In this document: piece by piece, positions 12,801 to 27,800 of the stretch | Layout of the letters: each line of letters begins with the position of its first letter | Position numbering within the stretch: position 1 is the stretch's first letter | NCBI GenBank assembly: GCA_051362555.1 | Contig: CM120641.1 | Coordinates: forward strand, 15,996,001 to 16,060,000 | Origin: Lingula anatina | Taxonomy: Eukaryota > Animalia > Brachiopoda | Direction: 5' to 3' | DNA: 64,000 nt | The notes under the pieces: generated by a model | What the model was told of the DNA's origin: nothing | Database searches by the model: none | Seen by the model: the letters and a program-made list of their open reading frames with translations, nothing else | Program-made: the position numbers and the translations under genes

Positions 12801-15800
12801 TTTAAATGAAAACGGATAAAAGACCAATGCGCATCACATACTCAGTAGCAGAAAACATACCACAGTTCAATAATTATAATTTTCTCAGCAAAACAAATCA
12901 GGATCCTGTCTTCTTATTTATTCAATTTTTTTTTATTTAAAACCCACTCACTGCAATAGGTCGTGTTCTCATCTTGACCCAATGGGCAGTTAATGATGCC
13001 ATCACAGGTGAGTTCAAATGGAATACAAACACCTTCAGAGCAGTCAAACATGTCTTCTGCACACACCTGCTTTGACACAGCTAGAAATTATGGAAATAAA
13101 AATAATAGAAAAATTCACAAAGGACAAAATATCTTCCAATTTAATAAAAACATCCACCAGAATTCCACAAGGAAGGAATTCTCTGATGGAACCACCACTT
13201 CCACAAGTGTTTCAAGGCAAAAAAAAAAAAAAAAAAGATATATAGAGAAAGATTTTATTTCAACCTACCATTAAGTGACAGGACTTTCAAACAAATTTTC
13301 AACATGAACTGAGTTACATCTGAGGAAATGAATACAAAGGGAAATTGTTTTGATAAAAAGTTGGGACTTGAATGCTCATAAGGCAGTTTGACTTAGAGAA
13401 GGCAGTTTTAGGATTAAAAAAGAACATACACATGCCATAAGGCTGTAGCTAATATTGGTCACACACTCCAAAGTAATTTTAAACCACAGCTAGCCTGTAG
13501 AACATAAGGCTTGGCCGTGCTGTATTAGACATACATGCAAGTCATGTATGAATGCATTGTATAGTCTGCTGCACTCTTGTTACTCACTAGTGTAGTAGCC
13601 GTGGTTTAAGCCAGATACAACACTTGTCGCCGAGCTGTACGTGAAAAGTACTGCGGCTCGCCAATACACTCTTAATATTTCACATACAGCTCGGAGACAC
13701 GTATTGTATCTATCACATAATACTTACAAGTGCAGGTGATGTTATCTGGCTGTAACTCATAACCAGGGAAACAGGAACAATGAACCACAGCATACATATC
13801 AGGATTACAGATGTGCTGGCAGTGTCCGTTGTTCATTCTGCAAGGGTTGGCATGACCTGGAAATAAATCATGAAACTCTTCTCAGATCAGGTGGCTGAGA
13901 TATCAGTGCATTCAAGTGCTGTCTTCCAGAAGTCAATTAAAAAACAGAAAGTTACATGGTATCAAAGTGAGCAAAAAGGAAAAGAATGGAAAATAGATCT
14001 AACAGAAAGCCGACTAAATTGCAATTAAGCCAGCATGGTTAAGCAAAACATAAATACCCTTGCAACTGATTGCATTGGTGAGGTTATTTTAATAAATAAT
14101 CAGCATTATATCATGAATCAACACAAATGTATTGGAATAACACATTATTGAAAAATATCATAGTTTGTTAAAAATGTTTTTACAGAATATAACCATGATG
14201 CAATTTTACTTACAGTCATTAGTATCATTGGCTACGGCAACTAAACCCATGGGCTGACGCGGTATGCTGGTTTTCAGAGGAGTCAGCTCAGAACCATCAT
14301 ACTTCTGTGCCCTCATTACTGCACGCAGAATCCAGTCTGTCCAGTACAGGTAGTCCCCATACACTGCCAAACTAAAGCTATACTGCAGGTGGTGGTTACT
14401 GCTTATGACAACCTGCAAATGTCAGTTTGGGAATAGATGGCATCTATAAGATGTGTTTTACATAAAAACAAAACAAACAAAAAAAAAAAAAACAAAAAAA
14501 AAAAAAACCTCAAATAAAAAAAAGTCCAAACCCTTGGCCTGCTTAAGTAGAAATAAGCTTACCCAAATAAGCTAAACAAATCAAGACTTACATATACTAT
14601 TAAAATTTAGGATCCATTTTTGATTAAAAATAAAAGCTATAAAATCAAACAACTTAAGTTCATAACAATATCTGATTTCACTCTTATCTAGCAAGAATTT
14701 AAGATCTTCTCTCATTACCCGACAGTCAGTGCCATCCATGTTGCATCTCTCTATCTTATCCAGCCTGGCATCAGACCAGAACAGTTTTTGTGCTCCGTGA
14801 TCAATGGCCAAACCATTGGGAGTCTTGATGTCAGTTGTAATGATGGACTCCTTGTCATATCCCATCAGATAGGCCCTCTGAATGCTGGGGGAACGCTCAT
14901 TCCAGTTGGTCCAATACATTCTCCTGAGAAGGAATTACAGATTGAAGTTTTCACAGATGCTATCCCAAAGGCTGTAGTTTTAATATTTCGAAAGAGAGAC
15001 ACTGCCTGTTGGCAAATCTCTGATACGTAAAAAATGCATACTTCTGTGTGCCTTTCTGTAACTGTCACAGTATTTGTTGTTTGAATAAGAATCTATCCCT
15101 CATGAAATCATTGATTAAAAGAACCAAAAGAACATCTCCAAATGTAGTGTGTCTTACCTGTATATCTAGACCATTCTACAGCATAAATAAAATGCTATGC
15201 AAAAATTTTTGCTATTAAAGATCATGAACAGCAATAGCAGTTAAATATCTATTAAGGCAAACAGAATTCTACTGTCTGAGTGCTATTCAAAAAGCATCCC
15301 AATAAAATAGAAATATTTGATGATTAGCCAGGGGGTGGACAGAAGTGGTTCAGAATTTTTTTAAGTTTACAATGACAGGCATTTAATTTTTGCTGCCAGA
15401 AGAAGCTCAAAAATGGAGGATGGATCAACTAAGATAATTTGGCAGACTGTCAGAAAATATTCCTGGATCTACCCCCCGATTATCCTACTCACGAGTCACA
15501 GCTGTCAATGGCCAGAGCCCTGGGGTGGTCCTCCACACCCAGTTTCACCACAGTCTCCCTGGTGGCACTGATGCGGAGAGGACTGACACTGATCCTGTTA
15601 ATGGTGGAGTCTGTGTAACTGGTCCAGTAAAGTTCCTGGAACACAGGGTCGTAGGCTAGGCCTTCTGCCGAGCCAACATCTACAGCAAAGAAAGATATCT
15701 TGTTTGAATGTCTGTTACATTTATAATAATTGGATAAGTAATGATTTTAAAGAAATCCACAATAAATATATCCCATGTTTAAAGTGATATCATCTCTTCA

Positions 15801-18800
15801 TTTTGGAGGAAAAAATGCCATAAAATGGCACAATGGTTTTTCAGATACTTTCCAATGGTTATTGAATCCCTTACCACATAAAAGTTAATCAATCTGTTTT
15901 TTAAAGTCTATTCTGTGATAATCTCTCAGTGATTATTACACAGGGTAGCCATCTATGAAGGTCCATGTGGTTTGATGGCAAGCACAGATTTCAGAATAAT
16001 TGCAATAACTGCTGTTTTGGTGGTAAAATGAAATTTATGATATTTGTATTCTACAGTGTATTTATTATGGAATTTTGAATCTCATATGAAAAGTTATCCC
16101 TCTAAGCACCCCACAGTGTTATGTATACATCACAAGTGATTTTCAATACTCACTCTCTACTTTCACACTAAAATCTGATCCACTGTAAGAAACACTTTGA
16201 ATATTTCCACTTTGAATGTCACTGAAGAAAATAGTCTTTGTTTTGGGGTCAAATGACAGGCCTATCACATTCTTCATGGAGTGCTCATTCTCAATGGCTG
16301 GAATGGGTGTGTTTGTGCTTTTCTCTGTGAGATGCAGTGACTGGATACTGTTCACTTGGGAATACAGCAAGAAGGCTTCATATTCTGCAAACAAAGAAGT
16401 CATACATAGAGCTTCTATCACCACAGTTCTGACTTTGGTAGACAGATTTGTCAAAAGGGATGTGAGGTAGAATTCTATAAATATGTTATTATGCCGTGAT
16501 AAAGCCTATGACAGAGGACAAGAATATGAAAGATGTCTTTCATGTTATTCCTATACACTTTCCTAAATCTGCCTACTTTTCACAAATTTGGCACAATAAT
16601 GTTGTTAAGCTGAAAGTAAACCTTTCACTTCACATCATTTCAAAACATGTTTCTAAATCTGCAGAATTTTCTGGCACAATAATAATAATAATAATGGTCC
16701 AAATGTACACTTACCTTCACACTCTCCATTCTGTGTAACTTTTCCGTGTGAACAGTGGCAGGTCCTGTTGTTGTTCCCAATGTACAGACACAGTTCCTTA
16801 CAACCACCATTATTAACACTGCAGGTGTTGTTACCTTCAAGAAACAGGTAAATAAAATGTAATGAAAACACCTTTTTACAACAGCCAATAAATAGCATCT
16901 CTTGATAGTTGCTCCTCTATTGATGTATTAAACAGATGGAACAATTTCTTAGGTACTTTTAACCCTTTACTCCATCTCACCTTACTTAAACAGGAGTATG
17001 ATATACCTAACCACTGACTTAAAGGGTTCAGGCCAGGATAGAGGGTATTAGGGAACACTATGGCCCATCTCATAGACCCATCTTTTTTTGAGATACAATT
17101 ATTTGATGCTTGTGAATAGATATAAATCCTTCCAGTTCATTAATATGAGAATAACTGATTTGATTCATAGATTGGTTTTTTTTTCAGACACAACACAATT
17201 TATTTAGAATAGCAATAACTGTCTACTTTCATGGTCATACATTTGACTATTATTCGCTAAGGTACATACTAAACAAATACAGCAATGCAGTAACATGATG
17301 TTGCACAATACATAAACTGTACCTGTTTGTCTTCCTTGGTCATATATTTTCACATCAGTAGGTTTAGCAGGTCTGGGATCTGTGTTTCTCCACATGATAA
17401 TTGGAGCTGACCCGTTTTTGTGAGCTCTCATTATTGCTCCATAGGGGGAGCTAGGTGGACTGAACAGTCAATGAAAACTATTAGCTTTTTGTAATAATGG
17501 TTTTAGTGTTTGTAAAGAAGTTTCCATCAACAAGATGAGTGTACTTTGGGATAATCTGTTCTGATTAAAATCAATATTCATCTCCTTTGTCCATTAAATA
17601 ATTAATTATATAATTATATGACAGTGTTCCAATTTTGTATCTCTTTCAAACTCAACATATCATTAGGTAACTCTTCATTACTGAAAGGGTACAAAACACC
17701 TTTCGTACACCATGTATTAACTTTCACATTCATATATTAAGCTGACTGAGCCTTGTGATTTTCGTTCTTTTTCCACAGCAAATCATATTACCAGTTTAAC
17801 TTACTTATCAGTCCAGTAGATATAATCCCCAAACACAGTGATGGAGGTTGGATCTGTAAGATTTTCCCTGATAATGTACTTGGCTTCACTACCATCCAGG
17901 TTGCTGCTACAGATCACGTCAAGGGCTTTGTCACACCAGTATAACTTCCCTGCATCGTAATCTATGGTCAAACCATATGGCTCCTTAATAAAATCTGTGA
18001 GATTCATAATTGTTCTTCTCTCTGAGCCATCCAACCTTGCTCGCTCAATTCTTGGCCTTGTACCCCAGTCAGTCCAAAACATATACCTGGCAAACAAAAT
18101 TTCACAAAAACAAAAATCAGAAAAAAAGTGGTTTCAAAAAATGTCACTCCTAATAATTCAGATTAAAATAATAGTAAATTTAATAATAGTTGCAGTCATG
18201 ATTCAATGAGAAATATTTTACACTAAGACTACTTTTATTTTGATAAACAATTGATACTGGCTGAAATAAAGATGCTGTTCTGCTACTTCATTATCTTTTG
18301 CAGCTGACTCATTCCCCATTTCTGAACAAGGCAGTAGCACTTACCCAAGAACCGGATGAACCACAATGGCTTTAGGCCTGTCCAACTCCGAGGCTATCAA
18401 AACACGTCTGAAGGAGCCATTCAGTCTGGACACGTGAATGACGTCCAGTACACTGTCAGTCCAGTACAGGTTTTCTGAGATAAGCAAATAAAAAATTTCA
18501 TATTACCAATGCATTGGTGCATTGTTAATAAGGTTTTTTACATACTACAGTAGCATATAATAGTATAAAATGTAGAAATGTTGTAAATAATCAGCAACAC
18601 ATTTTCTCACATACATGCATGTACACTAATAATAATAATATCTGTTATTTTCCTTTGACCCTCTGACCTGCTATCCAGTCTACAGCTAATCCCTCCACTG
18701 AGCTGATTCCATCAGAAACTAGCGTCTGTCGGCCCGTCAGGTCGCGTCGGATCCTGGAGATGGTCTTGGAATTGCTGTCCACCCAAAGCACGTAGTTCTT

Positions 18801-21800
18801 TGCTATAGAACAATTCAACACTTTTAATGATATGTGAATGTTAATGATGACAAAATGGCTAAAAATCACTAAATGTAGAGAAAAAAATTTGATCCAAGAA
18901 ACTGCAAATGCCTCAATAATAATATCAAAACCTGCTTTTCATGACATTTCATTTAAAAAAACATCTGAAGAATGAGACCACCAAAAGGAGAAGCTACCAA
19001 CTTTTACAAACCAGTCTCATATCACTGCTATTGACCTTCACATAAGGAATGCTATTTCAAAAAGATATTCATACCTGCATAAAAATCCACAGCATCCACA
19101 ACTGCCACCCTAGATATGGGTGGTATTGCTGCCTGCTGAGGGGCAGTGACTAAGTCGAGAGAGATACCATGGATTTCTGTCTCCAAGGAAAACAACAGGA
19201 ATGATCGGATACCTAAGAAATGTGAAATGTCTTTAAGCAGTGGTGAGGTGGCAAATACCTTCTGTAAGTCAACATAACTTTGAGCTTTCTGGCTAAAATA
19301 TTTCACTATACAATGCAGCATGGGGCATGTTTAAATGCTAAACAATATTATCAAATGTGGGACTTTGAAGTGATCATAACAAATTGTCGATGTAATAAAG
19401 TTTTTTTTTCCTATAATCATCGCTTTAAAAGAAATCTATGAAGCATACAGATCAGCATTAGCATTTTCTGGAGGGACAACATTATAATTAGTAAAAGACA
19501 AGACAATTGCTGGGTTAAAACTATTTTTTTTAATTAGTATTTTTAGGAAATTATTCAGAAACCAAGCTCTGCAATTCAAATGTTGTACTGGCAATTAAAC
19601 TGCTGAGCTTATTAGCACGTCCATGCTGTTATGTCATGCAATTGGTTGCTGTTAATAATTTTTTATTTGCGACAACTAAATATGAATAACGCCAAGCACA
19701 GGCTTGCTGCCATGTATTATGTTAGGGGTTAGTGTATCTTGTAGTTAATGGTAAATAATGCCCTACTTGTACTTCAACATGTTAATGTTCTTTACACTAA
19801 CAAAGCAATTTCAGTTTCTATACAAATATCATTTCTAAGCATTATTTATGCTAGAGTCTAAAGCACATTGAATTTTTTTCCAAAAACATTTATAGTTAAA
19901 AGTTACCAAATCTATCTCCATTATCAAAGACCAAGTTATATCATAATAATTTACACACAAAGTCTATCGAAGCTGGGTAAGCTTTGCTTAAGTCAAAATA
20001 TTACTGCTTGGTTAATTTTGCATGTCTCTTGTAAAAACTGTATCACATTGAACAAATGTGATTTTTAAATTGTATAAGCATATGGTAAAAACATTTTAGT
20101 GATTGTAGAAGCACTGCAAAAAGTAATTTTTAAGTTCAATTAGTCTAATTATTGCTGAATGCTGCTTAAATTTCAAAACTTTGTCATTAGCACAAATATT
20201 GGATTGATAAAATATTTTTTTCCAAATAAGAATTGAATCTTTTCGATTGTACTGATACATTATTTGCAATTAAAATACACAAGAAAGTATTATTTTTGAA
20301 ACATTCCACTCAATGACTATTACTAATTTCATGCCTACAGTAATCAAAGGTATAATAACTAAATAAAACTATAATATACTTTGCACTGCCTGGGAAAAAC
20401 TGTTGTAAATGTTAAGCATAATGTAACATGAAGCAAAATGTGTAACATTAGAAGTCAATACCTTAAAATACAACAATATAAGATGCATTCACAGAGGTTA
20501 AAAAAACTTGCATCAACAAAAAGCTTGTAGGTTTTTTTACTCTATCTCTCTACATATATAAATGTTATCACATAAAAAAAAATCTAAGCATGCTAACAGG
20601 ACTTTTAAATTGTACTATATAAATATGAAATAAATAAATATCCTTGTATGGCATGGTTTCACACTATGAGGGCTTCATGCAAATGGGTGACAGTTTATCA
20701 TGAGAAAGTGAATCCTGATTTCTACATTGTATTTCCATGACAATAATGCCACATATCAATGATACTGATAACAAACATTATGTCATAGAATATTTTTTAC
20801 ATAAAAATGAGTATTTAAAAATGCCAGATGTTTTAGTATAAATAATTTTGGAATTATTCTTAAAATATCTGTCTCACAAAAAAGAAAACAGGAATCTAGG
20901 TAAAATCAAAGCACTTTAAAAGGCTACATGGAAGTAAAGATGGCAACACAGGGAGGGATTTCGATGATAAAACCATGACCATAAAGGAAGCAGCCATTAG
21001 TTTTAATTGATGGATCTCCCCCAAATGACTGCATGAAGGCGTATTTGAAAGGACCCATGTACCAATGCATTTCTTGCCATCCGTCCCCAGCTTGAAGCCT
21101 GCTGTGCAGAAACACACAGCAGTCACGTTGTTGTTGACAGGTACACACAACTGGTCGCAACCACTGCTGTTCTTACTGCATGCATTCTTACGGAAGCCTG
21201 TCATGATGATGTAAATGGAAAGAATTTATACATTATTTGGGTAAAAAATACCACAGCAGTGGTATTCAGACAAATATTAGGGTTGGAAGGAGCACTAACA
21301 GATTGGTATAATAGGTAAAAACCAAAGAAGAAAGCCAGTTTGAGCTACTTCTAGGATCATTGCTATCCCATAATAATCTGCATTGCCAACAACTGCCATC
21401 AATTGTCAACAACCAAATGCACTCACAAGCATTTATCATTATGGGATAGAAATGGAACAAAAATAATGCTCTGCTCAAAGCCAATGTTAAAAAAAGAGTT
21501 ATGAAAGACAAAGTCCAAATTAGGTATAAAAAGCGGCCATGTGCAAGTGACAGGTGCATGTGCACTTGAACTGACCTTAAAAGCCACAAGAATCCCATGT
21601 ATTTTGATGTTAATCTTAATACTACAATAATGTTGACAGAAAATACATTATGGATATACAATTTTGTAACACTGAATTGAATAACATTTTTGTGCTACAA
21701 AATATATATGCCCCCAATGTATCTTCCTCGATAGATGGATCATCATCAAATATTAAAATACATGTGCATCTTGCATGTGAAAACACCAGGAACACATACA

Positions 21801-24800
21801 CACAGATAAGCCAAAGAAAAAATCAGAGAAAGGTAAACTAGCTATGGTGTATCACCTGTGTCTTCAGAACACACTTGTTTTGTGGGTGAAACAGGCAGAC
21901 AGAGGCAATCGCAGCCGCCATTTTTAGCTGCACATGGATGGTGTCTGTCAGTGACTTGGTAAAAATTCGATAAGATAACAAAGTTGAAGAGAAAGAATTG
22001 GCAAACAACAAAAACTGGTCTCTTGATAGGTGATTAACATGCATTCTGCTGAGTATTAATTGGAATGACAGAACAATGTAGTATAAGAATATATAATAAT
22101 GGACAGTCTTGTATATATAAATCAGCAGAGAAATGTAAATGCCTAGAAACTACAAATATCAACAGAGAAAAAAAATGCCACACATAGCTGGGTTAATATT
22201 GGCATTTCTGAGGTCATTCTTTAATCCAACAACTACAATACATGTTGTAAGTTATGGAAAACTCCTTCAGGCTTTCTGTAATACCTCTAAACACCCATTA
22301 GTACACAACATGTTTTCTTTTTTGTTCTGATAGTCATGTAGAGCAAGAGAACATAAATTTGCCTGTAAACAAACAAAAAATGTTTTCATGCAAGAAACTT
22401 AGACCCTAATTCTCTGATAATTTTTTTTATTATCATTAAGAAAAAACTGAATTTATTTTTAAAAAATTAATTAATTGTATCCCATACCTCCCAAATAGTA
22501 TATTACCTGGGAAACAAGTGCTAATTTTGCAAGGGTTTTAAGCACTGGCTGTGCAGTCCATCAAAATATTAACAATACCTGGCAGCACCCAAAGTTGATT
22601 TTAAGTTACAAATAGCAAAAATCCTCTCATACACTGCAGACCCCATGTTTTGTCTGACCAAAATCAGAAGTGTCAAAACCATGTATGGAACCTTAAAACA
22701 AGACCTCTCCACTATATTAACCCTCTGTGAGGCAATGCATCTACTAGCAGTATATATACATTTATGTAAATAAATACTGAAAATAAAAGTGCAAAAAATA
22801 ACAAACAATTTTCTACAAATAAATGGCTATATGATGGTCTAAGCCAGCGAATTAACCACGTAGGTTTTTTCAGGTACTGTATAATGCCGACTAAATATGC
22901 AGTGTAAAGCAACATAAGCCCTACTGAGTCAAAGATTGCGGTTATTTGGTCACAAAGCAAACAATCTGGGACCCACTTTAATGTTACCATATGTGAGGCT
23001 AAAGGCAAGGTGCAATAAATTGTGGGTCACTTAACACAAAATAAATTGTAGTTTCAATTTTATTTGATTAATAACAAACAGTTCCAAATTATGATTTCAT
23101 AATTTCATTCCCTATAAAAGAAACATATAATATTTAAAATTAAAAAGTTGGTGTTCTTGCACTGGTGTATTGACTGACCATGTCAACAAAAGAAAATCTA
23201 CAGCACTCAAGTTATTTTGACAGATATCAAAATCATAAACCAATTCTTACTAATTATAAAGAGTTAAAACAATCTTTGTTTAATTATCATCACATTAAAT
23301 TTTGTATAACATTTAATGCTCATTTTTCTTTAAAAAAAAGATCAATTTCTTCCTTTCCAGTATATATTTTCCATTGAACCCTTCGAGTTTCTTATGAAGA
23401 ATGCTTTACTGATGCAAAATTACTGTTTTCGTGGACATAGATCCCAAAAGAAGACTGCTAGCAAAAAGTGTATGTTTAACCGACATTATACAGTTACTGA
23501 GACATAATCATGTACAGTCCATGAAATAAATTTTACACATCCTTCTAAACACACACACAACATTTACTAAGTATTCCACACAATTTCAATGTTTGAAAAT
23601 ATATTAAGGAAGTTTTGTTGCTAAAAAAATAACTATCAACACTAAAAACTTAATAACTGGCATTTAATTCATTACACATACAACTTAATACATAAAGCCA
23701 GATTTCCAACTTGGAAAAAAAAAAAGACCTCAAGCCTTCAAAAGGGAGGATAAAATACTGACCTGTCTTATTCTGCTCTTCATAGATTTTAATAGAAGTC
23801 ACACTGTGAGTATTTTCTCTCATGGTTTCCACACTGGCATGAGTTCCATTCCTGTGTATCACAGCTATGGATGAGCTAGTGGCAATATACAACTGACCGT
23901 GGTGGATGCTCAAGGTTTGAATTTGACTCAAGGTAGCATTATCTGACAGAACTTGTGAGCCTGAACCATCCAAGTTACACCAAATTATCTGTGGTGGTGT
24001 GACACCCTTGTTAATAAAGTAAAGCTTCCCGTTGTCAAGGTCCACAGATAGACCTGAAAAAAAAAGTTAATTTTAATCAATTATGTATTGGACAATTTCA
24101 ATGTTAATGTTAAATTAGGGTTTCAATCAGATAGTAGTCCCTTTTTGGTAAAATTCTTTTTTAATGTGGCAATGAACAGAATTGACCACAATGAATGTGC
24201 TTACTATCAGTTTTTCTAAATTATTCAAAATGATATATAAAATACCCTCTTTTCAATATAATTACATCAAAATAACAAATTCAAACTTACTTTCAGGTTT
24301 GGAGATATTGATGTTGGTCTTGTTATTAGGAAGAAGTTGGCGCACATCACTGCCATCCATTTTGGCAACATAAATGGCATGAGAGTTAGGCGAGGTCATG
24401 CTTTCTGCCCAGAATATTTGCCTTAAAGAAAAAATATACAGGTGCAACTTGCTATATCTGTATTTATAGAAAGATGAGAAATAAGGGGAAGTATGTGCAA
24501 CACATTTTTTCAATACTACCAGAAATTTTCTGAGCATACCTAAAAATAAATAAAACAACAAATAAAGATTTGTTAAAAAAAAAACTAATACAATATAATT
24601 CTTATGTATTATGATGTTATTTAAAAATACTAGCCAGACAGATTTTAGAAAGTAAAGATTGATATTTTAAGACAAAATCTGACTTTACCCTTGATATGGA
24701 TGAATAGCTAGAGATTTGATCTGTTTTCTTTTATCTATCAGCTTGCGTCTATATGCCCCATCAAGCTGGCACACCCATATAACTCCATTGCCGCTACTGT

Positions 24801-27800
24801 ACGACCCAAAAAACATGTTACCAGACACATAGTCTATAGCAAAACCATTGGGATTTCTCAAATCTGCAAAACATTAAAATGATATTTGTTATAAGTATAC
24901 ACTGATGGTGTTAGACAGCATCAAATTGATATACATCCTCTCTAAAGCAGATCCCAACAAGCTCCACAAATCACCAAGAAATGGTAAAGATCTTTTATGA
25001 GATTATTTTGTACTTTAAGACTAATAAATGAATTAGCACGTATGTCAGTGTGCAATAACATCATAAGGTTGGGTAACAGTTGATGATAGACACAGTATAT
25101 GATGGACAACTTATCTTTTCCATTAATATTTCCATTAATATCATTCAAAAACACTTATTACCCAACAATTCTATGAATTCCTACAGAAAGCTCAGCCATG
25201 AGATTATTGGTTGTGTTAAATATTTTGGAAATTCGAAAAAAAAAAAATAACAATAATAATTTTTTTTTCAATAAAGGCACTTTTTACTTCATTGGTAAAT
25301 ATCATATCCCAAGCACAAATATTTCACCATCAGCAATCTCTGATACTCAACCTGTATCAATGATGGTCTCAATGCCTGTCCCATTTATGTTGGCACGGTT
25401 AATGAGGTGCAGAGAACTTTCAACCCAATACAGCTTGCCCATTAAGGGGTCAAAGTCCACTACAGTTGGCTTCTCGATATGAGGGACAGTGAAGGCAGGA
25501 ATGGTGTTATAGTCGGGGTTGTTCAAATACACGCCACGGATCTCGTTGGGACGGGCATAAAGTAGGAATGTACCATTGGCTGGAAGAGCAGGCAATGCAC
25601 ATTACATGCAGTCTGAATAAGTCAGATATATGCCTAAAATATGTAACTTTTAATAAACTAGCCATTTGCCAGAGAACATTTGAAGCCCATAATGACACAA
25701 ATGCTCACATGACATCTGTTTAACTACTGAATCTTATTTTGCATTATGAAAATGGAAAATGGATATTAATCTTAATTAATTATGTTGTCTATCCATTTCC
25801 CCATGGTGACAAAAGCCACTCAAAATGATGAAACAAACTTCCACACAGGAATTCTAGTACTTTTGAAATGAATGGTATCTTCATATTAATACCCAAAATG
25901 TTACTTACGTTTACATGTCTTCTTGTCTGGCTGTAAGTAGTAAAGATGAGGACAGAGACAGCCAACAGTTCCATTAAAACTCAACAGGCAAAGATGTGAA
26001 CAACCGCCATTATTGTCACTACATGGATTCTTGACTGAAAAAAAAAATACCGAGCTAATTATTTAACTCTGTAATGTATAGGTCAAACAAGGTCAAAATT
26101 GAAAATAAACAGCTGTGGTATCCATGACAGTGACAGACTAGACTACCAATGACTTAAAGATATGACAACTCCTCATTTTCGCAAGAAAAGTGTCATGATA
26201 TAACAAATTGTACAGAGTTTATACTTCCGCTTGATAATTAAGAATTCATCTTACACTGGGGTTGTCTCTTAGGATGATAAACGTGGAGGTCAAAGGGCTG
26301 AGTGATAGTCCTTTGTATCACGTGGACACTGCTGCCATTAAATTTGTTGGCCTGCAAAAGGACCAAAAAAGAGAAAATGTGAATTTACTTCGTACTAAAT
26401 GTAACAGGAATACTAAGAAAATTCAGAGAAGAATTAGTTACACAGTAGTCACACTAGAAGTGGAAAGAGCCTGAATGCCACTTGAATGATAATTCTTTCT
26501 ACATTCTAGTATTCTTAGGGCATTCCAAATAGAAGAGGCCATTCTTGTGGTCAGTCCAGGTTCAAAACTTCTGGCTCAGGCTCAAAACTTCTGAGTGGAG
26601 AAATAATGAGTGGCATCCAAAATGTATTCTAACTGCACCATGACTGCATTCTAAATATTCTTACGACACTCCAACAGCATTCCAAACATTCTGATTACAT
26701 TCACGAGAGAAGTGAAATTTACCTCCACAAGTGCATTGGTTCTCCAGTCTGTCCAGTAAACTTTGGAGGCAAAAATGGAGACAGCAAATGGATGAGATAA
26801 AAAGTCATGTCCTCTTAGCACCTCCCTCAAGTCACTACCATCATACTTCACAGTGTTGATAGAATCTGACCTGGACAGCATAAATATACAATTATTACAG
26901 ACGCCTTGAATAGACAGTATATAAACCTTTACATTCAGTTAAGTGCTGCACAAATATTTTACTTTTAGATTACCCTTCAAATATAAAGCACCAAGTCCAA
27001 ACCTTATTGTACAATAAGAATATTGACAGTCTATCAAAACTAAGGACTGAAAAGAAACACATTGAATTTCCGGTTACTAAGTGGCCCAAAGCCTATAAGT
27101 TTAGGATGATCAGTAAAATGATGCTGGATTTCGCAAAGAATCCATAATGTAACATGTATTTTCTGTTTTGCTACCTTGCATCAATCCAGTACACCCTCTT
27201 CAAGTCATAGTCCAGGGTCAGTCCATTTGGCCATCCTGCGCCTCTGTATACCATGGTTACATTGACCACAATTCTCCGGCCCTCCCCACTCATAGAACAG
27301 CTCTCTATACGAGGCTGGCTGTTGTCCCAGTCAGTCCAGAACAACATGCTGAAATGTTTGAATTGAATGGAAATTATGTTAGGGGAATGTGAAACTAATT
27401 CATATACATGTACTTTAAATCCCTGACATCAAATCTGACTAAAAGCAAATAAAAATATTCAATGTGTCTCCGTTATACAACATAGTGTCCAATAAAACAG
27501 ACCCATATTTGTAGGTCTGTTTACTCACCACAGAACATCTCAAGCACTTTGTGAGTAACTTTTCTATCTGATCATTCATATCAATCTCTTTCAGCTTACC
27601 CAACACTTGGATCCAAAGCAATGGCTCTTGGACTTTCCATTTTTCCTGCTACTAGGGTGGATCTGTGCTTTCCCTCCAAGGTGGCCACTTCTATCTGGTC
27701 TAGATTGCTCTCCACCCAGTATATATTTTCACCAATCCAATCTACAGCCAGGCCCTCTGCTGTGGCAAGTCCAACACTCACGATCTCTTCGATCTGGGTA

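Noticed and set aside
10014-16470. Plus-strand ORFs overlapping LRP1 exons (e.g. 10014-10436, 12397-12615, 16216-16470)
   Set aside because: Antisense shadows of coding exons with no independent gene signals.
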